The notes beneath the pieces were generated by a model. That model searched no databases. It saw only the letters and a program-made list of their open reading frames with translations, and was not told the origin of the DNA. A stretch of DNA of 64,000 nt, taken from the IMG/VR virus record IMGVR_UViG_3300021387_000648, positions 82,459-146,458 of that record; one strand, written 5' to 3'. Source of the stretch: a virus (taxonomy: Duplodnaviria; Caudoviricetes). Shown here piece after piece: positions 1 to 8,512 of this stretch. The stretch's first letter is position 1. Every line of letters starts with the position of its first letter. The translations under genes were made by a program, and so were the position numbers.

Positions 1-104
1 TGCGATCAAGCATAACCAGAAGTCGATTTACAACTGCAAGACCGGAAAGACCATTCTGAATAAGCACTACAATCCGGAGACAAATCCGATAGAGGGCGAT
101 AACG

Positions 105-404
105 ATGGCTAAGATCGATATTGGAAAACTGAATGAATCCGTTTCATCCTTTGTGGAAAACCCGCATTGGAAGAAGTATCTGGAAGAAGCTCCGTCCGGC
201 GAGTGCAAGGCGTACATCAAACTGAACTTCTATCTCAGTGACATCGAATCAGACGGCCCGGAGAAAGACGCGGTGATCGACAAGATGAACGCCTACGAGG
301 ACAAGCTTGGCCTTGCAGACTGGAAGCACCTGCTGAAATACGCAGGGAACAATCCCTTCGCCGGTAAGTGCAAGAAGCGGATTGCAGAGCTCTCGGAACA
401 ATAA
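105..404 (+). CDS. hypothetical protein (99 aa)
   Basis: ORF with GAGGG RBS; overlaps the stop of an upstream ORF truncated by the window edge. Confidence 0.7.
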   Translation: MAKIDIGKLNESVSSFVENPHWKKYLEEAPSGECKAYIKLNFYLSDIESDGPEKDAVIDKMNAYEDKLGLADWKHLLKYAGNNPFAGKCKKRIAELSEQ

Positions 405-454
405 ACGATACGGGTTGGTAAACCCCGGTATGAAAAACCGAAAGCTTCCAATAT

Positions 455-530
455 TGCGGCGTGGTAGCAGTGGTAGCTCGCTGCCCTCATAAGGCAGAGG
501 TCGTTGGTCCAAATCCAACCGCCGCAACCA
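455..530 (+). tRNA. tRNA-Met(CAT)
   Basis: Acceptor TGCGGCG/CGCCGCA, anticodon loop CTCATAA, encoded CCA; T-loop is TCCAAAT. Confidence 0.85.
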
Positions 531-682
531 TAAGGTCGGGCAGCTCCCGAATGATCTCAGTAGCTTGTCGGTGTGCCTGAGAGAGAATAACAAAGGCCTT
601 TCTGAAAACTCCTTGCGCGTGAACGGTCGTGCGCAGGCTGGGGCGCGAGTGAGATAATCTAAGAAAGGAAACCGCACAATAC

Positions 683-759
683 AGCCCTGTGGTGCAGTTG
701 GTGAACACGTCGGCCTGTCACGCCGAAGATCGCGGGTTCAAGTCCCGTCAGGGTTGCCA
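683..759 (+). tRNA. tRNA-Asp(GTC)
   Basis: Cloverleaf, loop CTGTCAC, TTCAAGT T-loop, CCA end. Confidence 0.9.
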
Positions 760-1067
760 ATACGTCTCATCTGAGCGTGGCACAACACAGTCTGTTGACG
801 CAAGGACTGTACGGGCGAAATCAGATGCCGGGGCGGGGTTACATCCCACGGAGCGTCACCGTGCTCGCAAAAAACGGACTCGGTATGTCCCAAGTCATCG
901 TGAGAGTATACACCTTGGATGGCACAAAGCGTTTAGAAGTGCCCGATCAGCCTTCTGCGCGTATCCCGGACGGTCCGGGACCAAGGACTGTGAAGAGCGT
1001 GTTCGATTCCGCGAACTCGAAGGTTCGACTCCTGACAGTGCTGGTGCAATATCAGTCCTTTTTATAC

Positions 1068-1156
1068 GCGGAATGATGCCGTCCGGCGACGGCTGCGGCC
1101 TTGAAAACCGTGGGTAGCAGAGATGCTATGGGGGTCGGCACCTCCGTTCCGCGCCA
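1068..1156 (+). tRNA. tRNA-Ser(TGA), atypical T-loop
   Basis: Acceptor GCGGAAT/GTTCCGC, loop TTGAAAA region, long variable arm, T-loop GTCGGCA, GCCA end. Confidence 0.75.
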
Positions 1157-1159
1157 GAT

Positions 1160-1249
1160 GCAGTGTTGCCAGAGCGGTAATGGGCCCGCTTGGAAAGCGG
1201 AAGCCAGGTTGAGAAGCCTGCGAAGGTTCGATCCCTTCACGCTGCGCCA
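1160..1249 (+). tRNA. tRNA-Ser(GGA)
   Basis: Anticodon arm CCGC-TTGGAAA-GCGG, long variable arm, TTCGATC T-loop, GCCA end. Confidence 0.85.
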
Positions 1250-1252
1250 GAT

Positions 1253-1342
1253 GCTTCGTTATGCCGGACGGCTCCGGTCCTTGCCTCGAAAGCAGAGGGT
1301 GCCCGATGAGGGCATGGGGGTCGGCACCTCAGCGAAGCGCCA
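1253..1342 (+). tRNA. tRNA-Ser(CGA), atypical T-loop
   Basis: Acceptor GCTTCGT/GCGAAGC, loop CTCGAAA, long variable arm, T-loop GTCGGCA, GCCA end. Confidence 0.75.
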
Positions 1343-1345
1343 CAA

Positions 1346-1420
1346 AGAGCCGTCGTCTAAGGGTAAGACACGAGGCTTTGACCCTCGTATGTGAAAGTTC
1401 GAGTCTTTCCGGCTCCGCCA
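1346..1420 (+). tRNA. tRNA-Gln(TTG)
   Basis: Anticodon arm CGAGG-CTTTGAC-CCTCG, TTCGAGT T-loop, GCCA end. Confidence 0.85.
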
Positions 1421-1424
1421 GTAT

Positions 1425-1510
1425 GGAAGAGTGGCCGAGTTGGTCAAAGGCAGCGGACTGTAAATCCGTTGGCACTGCCTACACAGGTTCGAATCCTGTC
1501 TCTTCCACCA
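1425..1510 (+). tRNA. tRNA-Tyr(GTA)
   Basis: Loop CTGTAAA, variable arm, TTCGAAT T-loop, ACCA end. Confidence 0.92.
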
Positions 1511-1513
1511 CAA

Positions 1514-1590
1514 GGTCCCATCGACTAACAGGCAAGGTCACCAGCCTTTCACGCTGGCAATGCTCGGTTCAAATCCGGCTGGGATCACCA
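1514..1590 (+). tRNA. tRNA-Glu(TTC)
   Basis: Anticodon arm CCAGC-CTTTCAC-GCTGG, TTCAAAT T-loop, ACCA end. Confidence 0.88.
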
Positions 1591-1593
1591 CAT

Positions 1594-1669
1594 GGGGTCG
1601 TAGCTCAGTTGGGAGAGCGCCTGCCTTGCAAGCAGGAGGCAGAGGGTCCGAGCCCCTCCGATTCCACCA
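1594..1669 (+). tRNA. tRNA-Ala(TGC)
   Basis: GGGGTCGTAGCTCAG start, loop TTGC, G3:U70 pair, ACCA end; T-loop TCCGAGC. Confidence 0.88.
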
Positions 1670-1672
1670 CAT

Positions 1673-1749
1673 GGTCTCTTCGTCTAAAAGGATAGGACGC
1701 AAGCCTCTCAAGCTTGTAATGCTGAGTTCAAGTCTCGCAGAGATCACCA
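1673..1749 (+). tRNA. tRNA-Glu(CTC)
   Basis: Anticodon arm CAAGC-CTCTCAA-GCTTG, TTCAAGT T-loop, ACCA end. Confidence 0.85.
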
Positions 1750-1871
1750 GCACATCTGACCGCCGAGGACGCGTACTCGGGAGATACCCGCAGATAGACG
1801 GAGAAGAAGCGGGGCTGAGCGGCACGGTGCAGACCCGACACCCGCAGGGTCCATGCCGCAAGCGGGTATAT

Positions 1872-1948
1872 GGCTCATTAGCTCAGTTGGTTAGAGCGCA
1901 CGGCTGTTAACCGTGATGTCGAAAGTTCGAGTCTTTCATGAGCCTCCA
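1872..1948 (+). tRNA. tRNA-Asn(GTT)
   Basis: Anticodon arm CACGG-CTGTTAA-CCGTG, TTCGAGT T-loop, CCA end. Confidence 0.9.
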
Positions 1949-2245
1949 CCAAGTGGCTGTGCTGCAGTGTTTGCATCGAAGCACCTCCTTTCGTAAATCC
2001 ACACGTCTGCTGGCCGTGCTTGCGCTACGGTTGTTGGATGAAACAAAGCAGAGCCGTGAACCGGAACAACGTGCGTACTGGGAACGCACGCCGGGAAATC
2101 GGCACAATACAGAACTGTTGGCTTTGATTCCTGCCTTGTACCGAAGGCTTCGGTCCCACCGAGGCGATGGATGTAGGTAGCAGCTGGGGATTATGAAAGC
2201 CGCAGACCCGATTAAAGCTCCGCGAGACGGACTATCGGGCAATAC

Positions 2246-2320
2246 AGGTTGGTGGTGTAATGGCAACATGCCGGTCTCCAAAACCGTGCGATCAGGGTTC
2301 GAGTCCTTGCCTTCCTGCCA
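2246..2320 (+). tRNA. tRNA-Trp(CCA)
   Basis: Loop CTCCAAA, TTCGAGT T-loop, GCCA end; two U-U mismatches in the acceptor stem. Confidence 0.8.
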
Positions 2321-2330
2321 AAAAGAATAC

Positions 2331-2419
2331 GGAGCGTTGGCCGAGTTGGTAAGGCACCGGATTGCTAATCCGTGGTTAGGGGCAACCCTACGAATGTTCG
2401 AGTCATTCACGTTCCGCCA
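2331..2419 (+). tRNA. tRNA-Ser(GCT)
   Basis: Loop TTGCTAA, long variable arm, TTCGAGT T-loop, GCCA end. Confidence 0.88.
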
Positions 2420-2890
2420 TTTCCGGGTAGCTGCCGGATGATGTCAGAGCAGATGCACCAGAGGCCTGACAGAGAATATGAATGGTAGACCGACCAAAGC
2501 GGGGCGGAAGCCCTGCACAAGGCCTATGGCGGTACTACAAGTGAGGGCAACGTCGAAGGAACGCGACTGATTTGTGCGGGATGGCAGACCCACAAAAAAG
2601 AACAAACACGCCCCGCTGCGGGTGACAGCGCCAAAGGAAGCTGAGACGTCCGGTTTCCGGGTCTCTCACTTAAAGCGGGGAATAGGCCGAATAAAACAGG
2701 AACTTGGCCGTAGGGCAGTGAAAGCGCGAATGCGTTGTAGCTGACTGATGATGGCAGACAGAGCAAACGGCTGTAACGACAGGACGTGTGAATTAGCCGT
2801 CTACTGAAAGGGAAAGAAATCCCGTAAAAGCTGTTTGCTCACAATTCTATATCGGATACCGTCATGCCGAAAGGTGTGGCGGTATCTTTG
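2420..2890 (+). ncRNA. candidate large structured ncRNA
   Basis: No credible ORF; nested long-range stems (2521-2527/2682-2688, 2539-2545/2665-2671, 2761-2772/2829-2840) and a terminal GAAA-capped hairpin. Confidence 0.5.
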
Positions 2891-2909
2891 CTTTGGGGAG
2901 AGAGCAGAA

Positions 2910-3158
2910 ATGAGTAAGTCGAAGGATATTCGCACGCTCTGCGCCTCCTGCAGAGCAGAATACGAGGAAGCCGGATTTGAACTGATCAAAGTCTGGGTGA
3001 AAAACAAAGAGGAATGTGACTGGTGCCGCGTGAGACTTGGATGGACCTATGAAATACGCGGAAAGAGACAACATCTTCGTAGCTCAGATGGCAAGAGCGC
3101 TGAATACTCCCAATTCAGGGGTCGCGAGTTCAAGTCTCGCCGAAGATGGACGCGATAG
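2910..3158 (+). CDS. small CxxC...CxxC zinc-ribbon protein
   Basis: RBS GGGGAG, ATG at 2910, LCASC...CDWC; the 3' part overlaps the tRNA-like element. Confidence 0.5.
   Translation: MSKSKDIRTLCASCRAEYEEAGFELIKVWVKNKEECDWCRVRLGWTYEIRGKRQHLRSSDGKSAEYSQFRGREFKSRRRWTR
3073..3150 (+). tRNA. atypical tRNA-like gene (enlarged anticodon loop, possibly Gly CCC)
   Basis: Acceptor ATCTTCG/CGAAGAT, D-arm GCTC/GAGC, T-arm GCGAG-TTCAAGT-CTCGC, anticodon stem CTGAA/TTCAG with 9-nt loop TACTCCCAA, no CCA. Confidence 0.55.
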
Positions 3159-3297
3159 GCCGCAGTTTGCGGATTTTCTGCGGCGCTTTCATGTTAGTCG
3201 CTCCTCCGCCCCACGATTGCTGGCTGCTGCTTGGGAAGTAACAGTCGCGGGCAAACAAGCAATGCCGGTGGAAATCCGGCCTATTGACGAACCTACA

Positions 3298-3325
3298 GCC
3301 TGCGGAAACGCGGGCTTTTTCTTTT
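3298..3325 (+). terminator. intrinsic terminator closing the tRNA region
   Basis: GCCTGCG-GAAA-CGCGGGC followed by TTTTTCTTTT. Confidence 0.75.
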
Positions 3326-3334
3326 GGAGGAACT

Positions 3335-3808
3335 ATGGAACTGATTCAGGTCCCGATTGACCAACTGAAACCTTATCAAAATAACCCGAGATACATAGAT
3401 GACGCGATTGACGCGGTCGTCGAAAGCATTGATCAGGTCGGGTACATCACGCCGATTATCGTGGATGAAAACTGGCAGATCCTTGCCGGGCATTCCAGAT
3501 GGAAGTCGTTGAACGAACTGGGTGAGGACGAAATTGACGTCATTCTCGTCCCGGGACTGACTGAAGAGCAGAAGCGCAAATTCCGACTGCTGGATAACAA
3601 GACGGCAGAGATTGCGTCGTGGGATCTCGATAAGCTCCAAGAGGAACTGGAGATGGTCGATTTCGACGGATACGATTTCTGGTCGAAGGAACTGGAACAG
3701 ATGGCCGACAACCTGATCGCCGACAAGCCGAAGAAGAAAGTGATCATCTGCCCGAAGTGCGGAAAAGTCGTGCAGGGCTTGGTGGATATGGACCAATACG
3801 ACGAATAA
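3335..3808 (+). CDS. ParB/Srx N-terminal domain protein
   Basis: LKPYQNNPR...PIIVDE...ILAGHSR...RLLDNK; C-terminal CPKC; GGAGG RBS. Confidence 0.85.
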   Translation: MELIQVPIDQLKPYQNNPRYIDDAIDAVVESIDQVGYITPIIVDENWQILAGHSRWKSLNELGEDEIDVILVPGLTEEQKRKFRLLDNKTAEIASWDLDKLQEELEMVDFDGYDFWSKELEQMADNLIADKPKKKVIICPKCGKVVQGLVDMDQYDE

Positions 3809-3809
3809 T

Positions 3810-4268
3810 ATGGAAAAACATCTTGTAACTATGAAACTGAGCGAGATTATTCCCTACAAGAATAATCCTCGTAAAAATAAAAGCGCGGTCAAGACCGTTG
3901 CGGAGAGCATTCGACAGACCGGATACAACAACCCGATTATTGTTGATGAGAACAAAGTGATTCTGGCCGGACACACAAGGCGTCTGAGCCTGATCCAGCA
4001 GGGAGTTGAAGAGGTACAGGTGCTTCAGGTGCTTGGACTTTCTGAGACGGCAAAGAAAAAGTTCCGGCTTCTGGACAACAAAGTCGGAGAGTTCGCGTCG
4101 TGGGACTACGTTGCTCTGACAGAGGAACTGGCGACGCTGGATTTTGGCGGTCTTGCTCTGGACTGGGGCGTTGAGTTCAACATGGACGATGCGGAGCCGA
4201 AGGAAAAGAAAAAGAGGGAAAAGCCGGAGTATGTCTGCCCGGAGTGCGGTTTCCACTTCAAGGCCTGA
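3810..4268 (+). CDS. ParB/Srx N-terminal domain protein (tandem paralog)
   Basis: IIPYKNNPR...PIIVDE...ILAGHTR...RLLDNK; C-terminal CPECG. Confidence 0.85.
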   Translation: MEKHLVTMKLSEIIPYKNNPRKNKSAVKTVAESIRQTGYNNPIIVDENKVILAGHTRRLSLIQQGVEEVQVLQVLGLSETAKKKFRLLDNKVGEFASWDYVALTEELATLDFGGLALDWGVEFNMDDAEPKEKKKREKPEYVCPECGFHFKA

Positions 4269-4277
4269 GGTCGAACA

Positions 4278-4730
4278 ATGGTAGAACTGACACCGAGCTG
4301 CATGGACAGGAATCTGTTCATGAGAATGGCAAAGGATTATGTGGACACCCTCAGCCAATACGATCATGAAATCAAGTGGGATGAACTGGCTTGGGAACAA
4401 GGGATGTGGTACTCACAGTTTATTGTAGAGGACCGGACCGTGCAGGGGTTCATACAGACCGAAATCGTCCCGTTCAACGTTTTCCCGAGTGCGTTTTATA
4501 TCGCTGAGTTCTATGTTGTTCCTGAGGCAAGGCACCGGCACATCGGCACGGAGGCTGTAAAGGCCGCTACTCAGTCGTGGAGCGGGGATGTGTTTTTATA
4601 TATCCTCGATAAAAATGTTCCGGCACGCTTCTTCTGGACCGACGTAGAGGCGGAACTTGGATGGAAGCGAATAGAGAGACCGGAGATCCGAAAAGAATCC
4701 GGATGCGAGCTCAGAGTGTACAAAACCTGA
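4278..4730 (+). CDS. GNAT-family acetyltransferase
   Basis: IAEFYVVPEARHRHIGT acetyl-CoA motif A and N..A..FW motif B. Confidence 0.75.
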   Translation: MVELTPSCMDRNLFMRMAKDYVDTLSQYDHEIKWDELAWEQGMWYSQFIVEDRTVQGFIQTEIVPFNVFPSAFYIAEFYVVPEARHRHIGTEAVKAATQSWSGDVFLYILDKNVPARFFWTDVEAELGWKRIERPEIRKESGCELRVYKT

Positions 4731-4744
4731 AAGGATGAGAAAGC

Positions 4745-5878
4745 GTGGATGACATTGTAAAGAAATACCGCATGCGCCGAGATGCAAGGATTGCGGCCAA
4801 AAAAGCCCACGCGGACGACCAGTGGATCACAATGCGAGGAACGCATGTCCTGATAGACGGCGGCGGACAGGTATCAAAGGGACCTGAAAAGCTGAAAAAC
4901 GTTGTGAAGCAGGGCGGCGGGTACAAGTCAAAAGCTGACCGGAAGTACGGAAGCAGCGACAAATACAGCAAGGCGATGAATAACGGCTGGAATGTGAAAC
5001 CAGCCGTGGAACAGCCAAAAAGAGAACGAAGACCGCTTGCAGACATACACAAAGAGTTTGAAGACAACAGGTACCGTCTGGAAGACTCTTTGAAGAAACG
5101 CGACAAGGCCAAAGAAAACTATGAGATGAGCAAGGGCAATTACGATTTGTACATGGATGATCCGGGAACGTCTGAAGAGTTCAAAGAGATGTTCCGGAAA
5201 GACCTTGCCATGACTCAGAAAAAATATCAGGAAGCAAAGAGCGAAGTAGACCGGCTTTCGGAGAAAGACAGAGCCTTGAAAAAAGAACTGTCTGAAGAGC
5301 GCGACGCGGTCAAGAAAGAAGACCAAGCGGCAATCAGGTCCGGTCCTGTGGCATACGTCAGGTCTGAAAAAGTCGTTACGGCGATTCGTGGCAACGAGAG
5401 CTTGATCAGAAAGAAAGATTACGAAAAAGGAGCTTGCGTGGACAAAAACGGCAGGCTCTTGTTTGAGGCAACTGACGGCAAAGCGAGTCAGATCGACCTT
5501 GAAGCGTATAAGGACAAACTGAAAGACTCCGTGTTCACACATAACCATCCCCGGGGTTCAACACTCAGCGTGGATGACGTCAGCTGTGCCGTCGCTCATG
5601 GAATGGCGGAAGTAAGGGCTTGTCATCGAGGCGGTACATACTCTCTCGTCAGGCAGTATTCGCTTGATGGCGAAAAGCCTGCAAATTACATGGACTTCGC
5701 TTGGGACTATCAGGAAAGCGTCGCAAAGTATGACCGCGAAGTTATCGATCCGATCTGGAGACGTGGACCGCAGGTACAGGAAACTGCGGACAGGTGCAAT
5801 AAAATGTACGACGATTACCGCCGTCTGTGGCTGGAACTGAATTCGAAGAAATACGGATGGATTTATTCGGAGGAGTAG
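4745..5878 (+). CDS. leader-bearing putative effector with C-terminal JAB/MPN-like domain
   Basis: YRMRRDARI...HAD-DQWITMRGTHVLID leader, coiled coil, THNHPRGSTLSVDD (HxHP-S-D) motif. Confidence 0.65.
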   Translation: MDDIVKKYRMRRDARIAAKKAHADDQWITMRGTHVLIDGGGQVSKGPEKLKNVVKQGGGYKSKADRKYGSSDKYSKAMNNGWNVKPAVEQPKRERRPLADIHKEFEDNRYRLEDSLKKRDKAKENYEMSKGNYDLYMDDPGTSEEFKEMFRKDLAMTQKKYQEAKSEVDRLSEKDRALKKELSEERDAVKKEDQAAIRSGPVAYVRSEKVVTAIRGNESLIRKKDYEKGACVDKNGRLLFEATDGKASQIDLEAYKDKLKDSVFTHNHPRGSTLSVDDVSCAVAHGMAEVRACHRGGTYSLVRQYSLDGEKPANYMDFAWDYQESVAKYDREVIDPIWRRGPQVQETADRCNKMYDDYRRLWLELNSKKYGWIYSEE

Positions 5879-5882
5879 GATC

Positions 5883-6020
5883 ATGAAATACACAAGGGAA
5901 GAACTGCAAAAAGGGGTCACGGTACTTGATAAGTCCGAGAAAGACTGCATTTATCGGGTCCCGACTCCTGAGAAGAAAAAACAACCGGAGAAGAAGACAG
6001 GCCGACCGGAAAGGACGTGA
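5883..6020 (+). CDS. small hypothetical protein (45 aa)
   Basis: ATG just after the upstream stop with GGAGGAG RBS. Confidence 0.45.
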   Translation: MKYTREELQKGVTVLDKSEKDCIYRVPTPEKKKQPEKKTGRPERT

Positions 6021-6024
6021 CAGC

Positions 6025-6201
6025 ATGGGACAGGCGAAACCGAAGATGGACGGGATTAAGGACAAGTACCTCAATATCATCGAACATGTCTACGGCATTC
6101 CAAGGATCTTGCTGGAAGACATGACCTATGACAAGATCGATGACTATGTCTACAACGAACTGCAAAGGCGCGAAAGAGAAAAAGAATCCACCAAGAAATG
6201 A
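6025..6201 (+). CDS. small hypothetical protein (58 aa)
   Basis: ATG 6025 within track ORF 5926..6201, AAGGA RBS. Confidence 0.5.
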   Translation: MGQAKPKMDGIKDKYLNIIEHVYGIPRILLEDMTYDKIDDYVYNELQRREREKESTKK

Positions 6202-6303
6202 GGACGGCTTGAGATGGACGAACTTATGACCATCATGAGGAAACATTGGAAGCAGATCCTCGGGGAAGAGGAAACGGAAAACGAAGAATAAGAGAGGGAC
6301 GGC

Positions 6304-6960
6304 ATGAACATCGTAAAATCTGCAATTGTCATTGAAGACGGTCCGGACTACCAAGAACTGCTCCAGAAGATCGAGCGGATCGGACGGACCTGCTACAAGA
6401 GCGAAGACAAAATCGGCATTGGGAGTGCCGAGAAATTTGTCAACCGCCTGATTGCGTCCGGTCACGAGTCGGTCATCGAACACGGAAGCATCACGGTGAG
6501 GGTGATCTGTGACCGTGGAGTCAGTCACGAGATCGTCCGGCACAGGCTGGCAAGCTACAGCCAGGAAAGTTCAAGATACTGCAACTACACGGCGGATAAG
6601 TTCGGGAACGAGATTACCGTCATTGATATAGCCACAGGTTTTCAATATGACCTGTCAAGTGAAAAAGACATCAAGAAATACCAGATCTGGACCCAAGCAA
6701 TGCTGGACGCGGAGAAGCACTACTTTGAGATGATCGAAGCCGGTGCCAAGCCGGAAGAGGCAAGAAGCGTGCTTCCAAACTCCACAAAGACAGAGATCGT
6801 CATGACGATGAATCTCAGAGAGTGGAGACACTACTTCCGGATGAGATGCAGCAGCAGGGCCCATCCGCAGATTATCGAAGTCAGCAAAATGATTCTCAAG
6901 GTATTTGCGGAACGCTATCCTGCATTCTTTAGAGACCTTGCGCAGGAATACTCCGCCTGA
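6304..6960 (+). CDS. thyX: flavin-dependent thymidylate synthase
   Basis: GHESVIEH, RHRLASYSQESSRY ThyX motif, EEARSVLPN, MNLREWRH. Confidence 0.95.
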   Translation: MNIVKSAIVIEDGPDYQELLQKIERIGRTCYKSEDKIGIGSAEKFVNRLIASGHESVIEHGSITVRVICDRGVSHEIVRHRLASYSQESSRYCNYTADKFGNEITVIDIATGFQYDLSSEKDIKKYQIWTQAMLDAEKHYFEMIEAGAKPEEARSVLPNSTKTEIVMTMNLREWRHYFRMRCSSRAHPQIIEVSKMILKVFAERYPAFFRDLAQEYSA

Positions 6961-6984
6961 TTTGGCGTCAGCAGATACAATGAG

Positions 6985-8187
6985 GTGACAAAGATGGAGA
7001 GACATGTAGCAGCCTACAAGAGGCGCAGAGCACAAAGGCTCTGTGAGCGATACGGAGTCAGATATGACTCGTCGAATTTAGATTCAGGACTTGGCTGGCT
7101 GTTTGGTCTTGCCACGGATCTTGGAATCAAGACAAAGGGTATGGAGATTCCTGAAATCTTCAAGGCTGTGAATGAGAAGCGTGCCCAGAAAGGGCTTGAA
7201 CCTGTTGGACACAAGGGAAATGTTTCCGGAAAGAAGGGCTCATTCAAGCAGACAAGCCGGAAGGGGCCGGAGGTAAACAAGTCCCTCGTGTCCAATGCAA
7301 AGGAGGAAGCCAAAAAGAATATGGCGACCTCCTACAAAACTGCGAGCGGAGCTAATTTCCCAAAGCCAAAGGCTGGCGCGAAGTTTGACAACAGTGTTAT
7401 GTCCGGCGTTGAAAAGAGCGCAAAGGAACTCGGAAAAGAAAAGGAATTTGACGACATCGTGAAGAGCCTGAAACCGACCGATTATGTCTATATGAAAGAC
7501 CCCGTGACGGGTGATCAGGTTGCTTCCGTTCCTGGCTTGGCTCAGCGTTTCGATAAGACAATGACCGGGCGGTCAGAAGAGTGCCAGAGGATCTACGACC
7601 AGAAAATCAAGAAGGGCGCACAGATCTCGAAAGACATGATTGATGCAGTCAACGGAATCGGGTGCCGTCTGTCCGGACTGGAGAACTGCTTCAAGGGCGG
7701 CGACTCCACGTCAAGGAAGATTTCTACCAAACGCAGCGAGGCAGAAGCAAGAGGAAAAGAAACCAAGACGGACGAAGGATACACTGCTGGTTTTGGTGAT
7801 ATCATCCGATTCACGGCCTTGTGTGACCACGATGACATCGCAGAAACGGTGACAAAGCTGGAAAGCGCTATGCAGAAGAAGGGCTATGAGCTCAACGAAA
7901 GAGACAATAAGTGGGTGACCGGAGACGGCAGCTACAAAGGCGTGCATGTTGAATTCATTTCTCCGACTGGCGAGCGCTTTGAGGTTCAGGTACATTCTAC
8001 TGTCGCTCTGGCATTCAAAAACAAGGGTCACAGATACTATGACAATGCACGCGTAGAAGACGTGAGCACTGCGAAGGGCAAGAAGCGCCACGATGCCGCC
8101 ATTGAGAAATGCAAGAGCATCTGGAAGACTTGCCCGATCCCCAAAGGAATTGAGGACCTGAAACCGATCCCAAAAAAGAAACGGTAG
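6985..8187 (+). CDS. leader-bearing RelA/SpoT-type small alarmone synthetase (toxSAS-like)
   Basis: YKRRRAQRL...RYDS leader; DIIRFT, YKGVH, FEVQVH synthetase motifs. Confidence 0.8.
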   Translation: MTKMERHVAAYKRRRAQRLCERYGVRYDSSNLDSGLGWLFGLATDLGIKTKGMEIPEIFKAVNEKRAQKGLEPVGHKGNVSGKKGSFKQTSRKGPEVNKSLVSNAKEEAKKNMATSYKTASGANFPKPKAGAKFDNSVMSGVEKSAKELGKEKEFDDIVKSLKPTDYVYMKDPVTGDQVASVPGLAQRFDKTMTGRSEECQRIYDQKIKKGAQISKDMIDAVNGIGCRLSGLENCFKGGDSTSRKISTKRSEAEARGKETKTDEGYTAGFGDIIRFTALCDHDDIAETVTKLESAMQKKGYELNERDNKWVTGDGSYKGVHVEFISPTGERFEVQVHSTVALAFKNKGHRYYDNARVEDVSTAKGKKRHDAAIEKCKSIWKTCPIPKGIEDLKPIPKKKR

Positions 8188-8201
8188 ATCGGATCTTATC
8201 C

Positions 8202-8230
8202 TTGACAATGTACTAAAATTAGTGTATAAT
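8202..8230 (+). promoter_or_regulatory. consensus sigma-A promoter with palindromic spacer
   Basis: TTGACA-atgtactaaaattagtg(17)-TATAAT. Confidence 0.9.
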
Positions 8231-8251
8231 GACCATGGAGGTGAGCGGGCT

Positions 8252-8500
8252 TTGAGTGTGAGAAAAGAAGTGTTCTATTATCAGGATCGCGATGACGATT
8301 CAGGGATTGCTCGTTCGGTTCGTGATGAGACCGGGACTGACTATCAGTTCTGGAACTATGAGAAGCACGACTGGGTATCTCCGAAAGATTCGATTGCGAT
8401 GGACTTCTGCCATGACTACGACAACACGCGCGTGATCAGTGAGGAGGAGGCAAAAAAGGCAATCGAAGAGGCTGAAAAGGAGATTGAAAGCCGAAAGTAA
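8252..8500 (+). CDS. small acidic protein, putative immunity protein of the synthetase
   Basis: GGAGGTG RBS, TTG start; lies between the synthetase and the HD hydrolase; ends ISEEEAKKAI. Confidence 0.6.
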   Translation: MSVRKEVFYYQDRDDDSGIARSVRDETGTDYQFWNYEKHDWVSPKDSIAMDFCHDYDNTRVISEEEAKKAIEEAEKEIESRK

Positions 8501-8512
8501 GGGGATGGTAGC

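Noticed and set aside
978-1050. An additional tRNA
   Set aside because: It has a T-arm-like hairpin, but no proper D-arm, 7-bp acceptor stem or CCA.
249-2766. Many short ORFs on both strands in the tRNA region
   Set aside because: They overlap clear tRNA cloverleafs and lack RBSs or protein-like features.
3240-3285. c-di-GMP-I riboswitch suggested by GGGCAAAC
   Set aside because: The remaining consensus (GNRA-capped P2, GCAAAG, P3 receptor) is absent.
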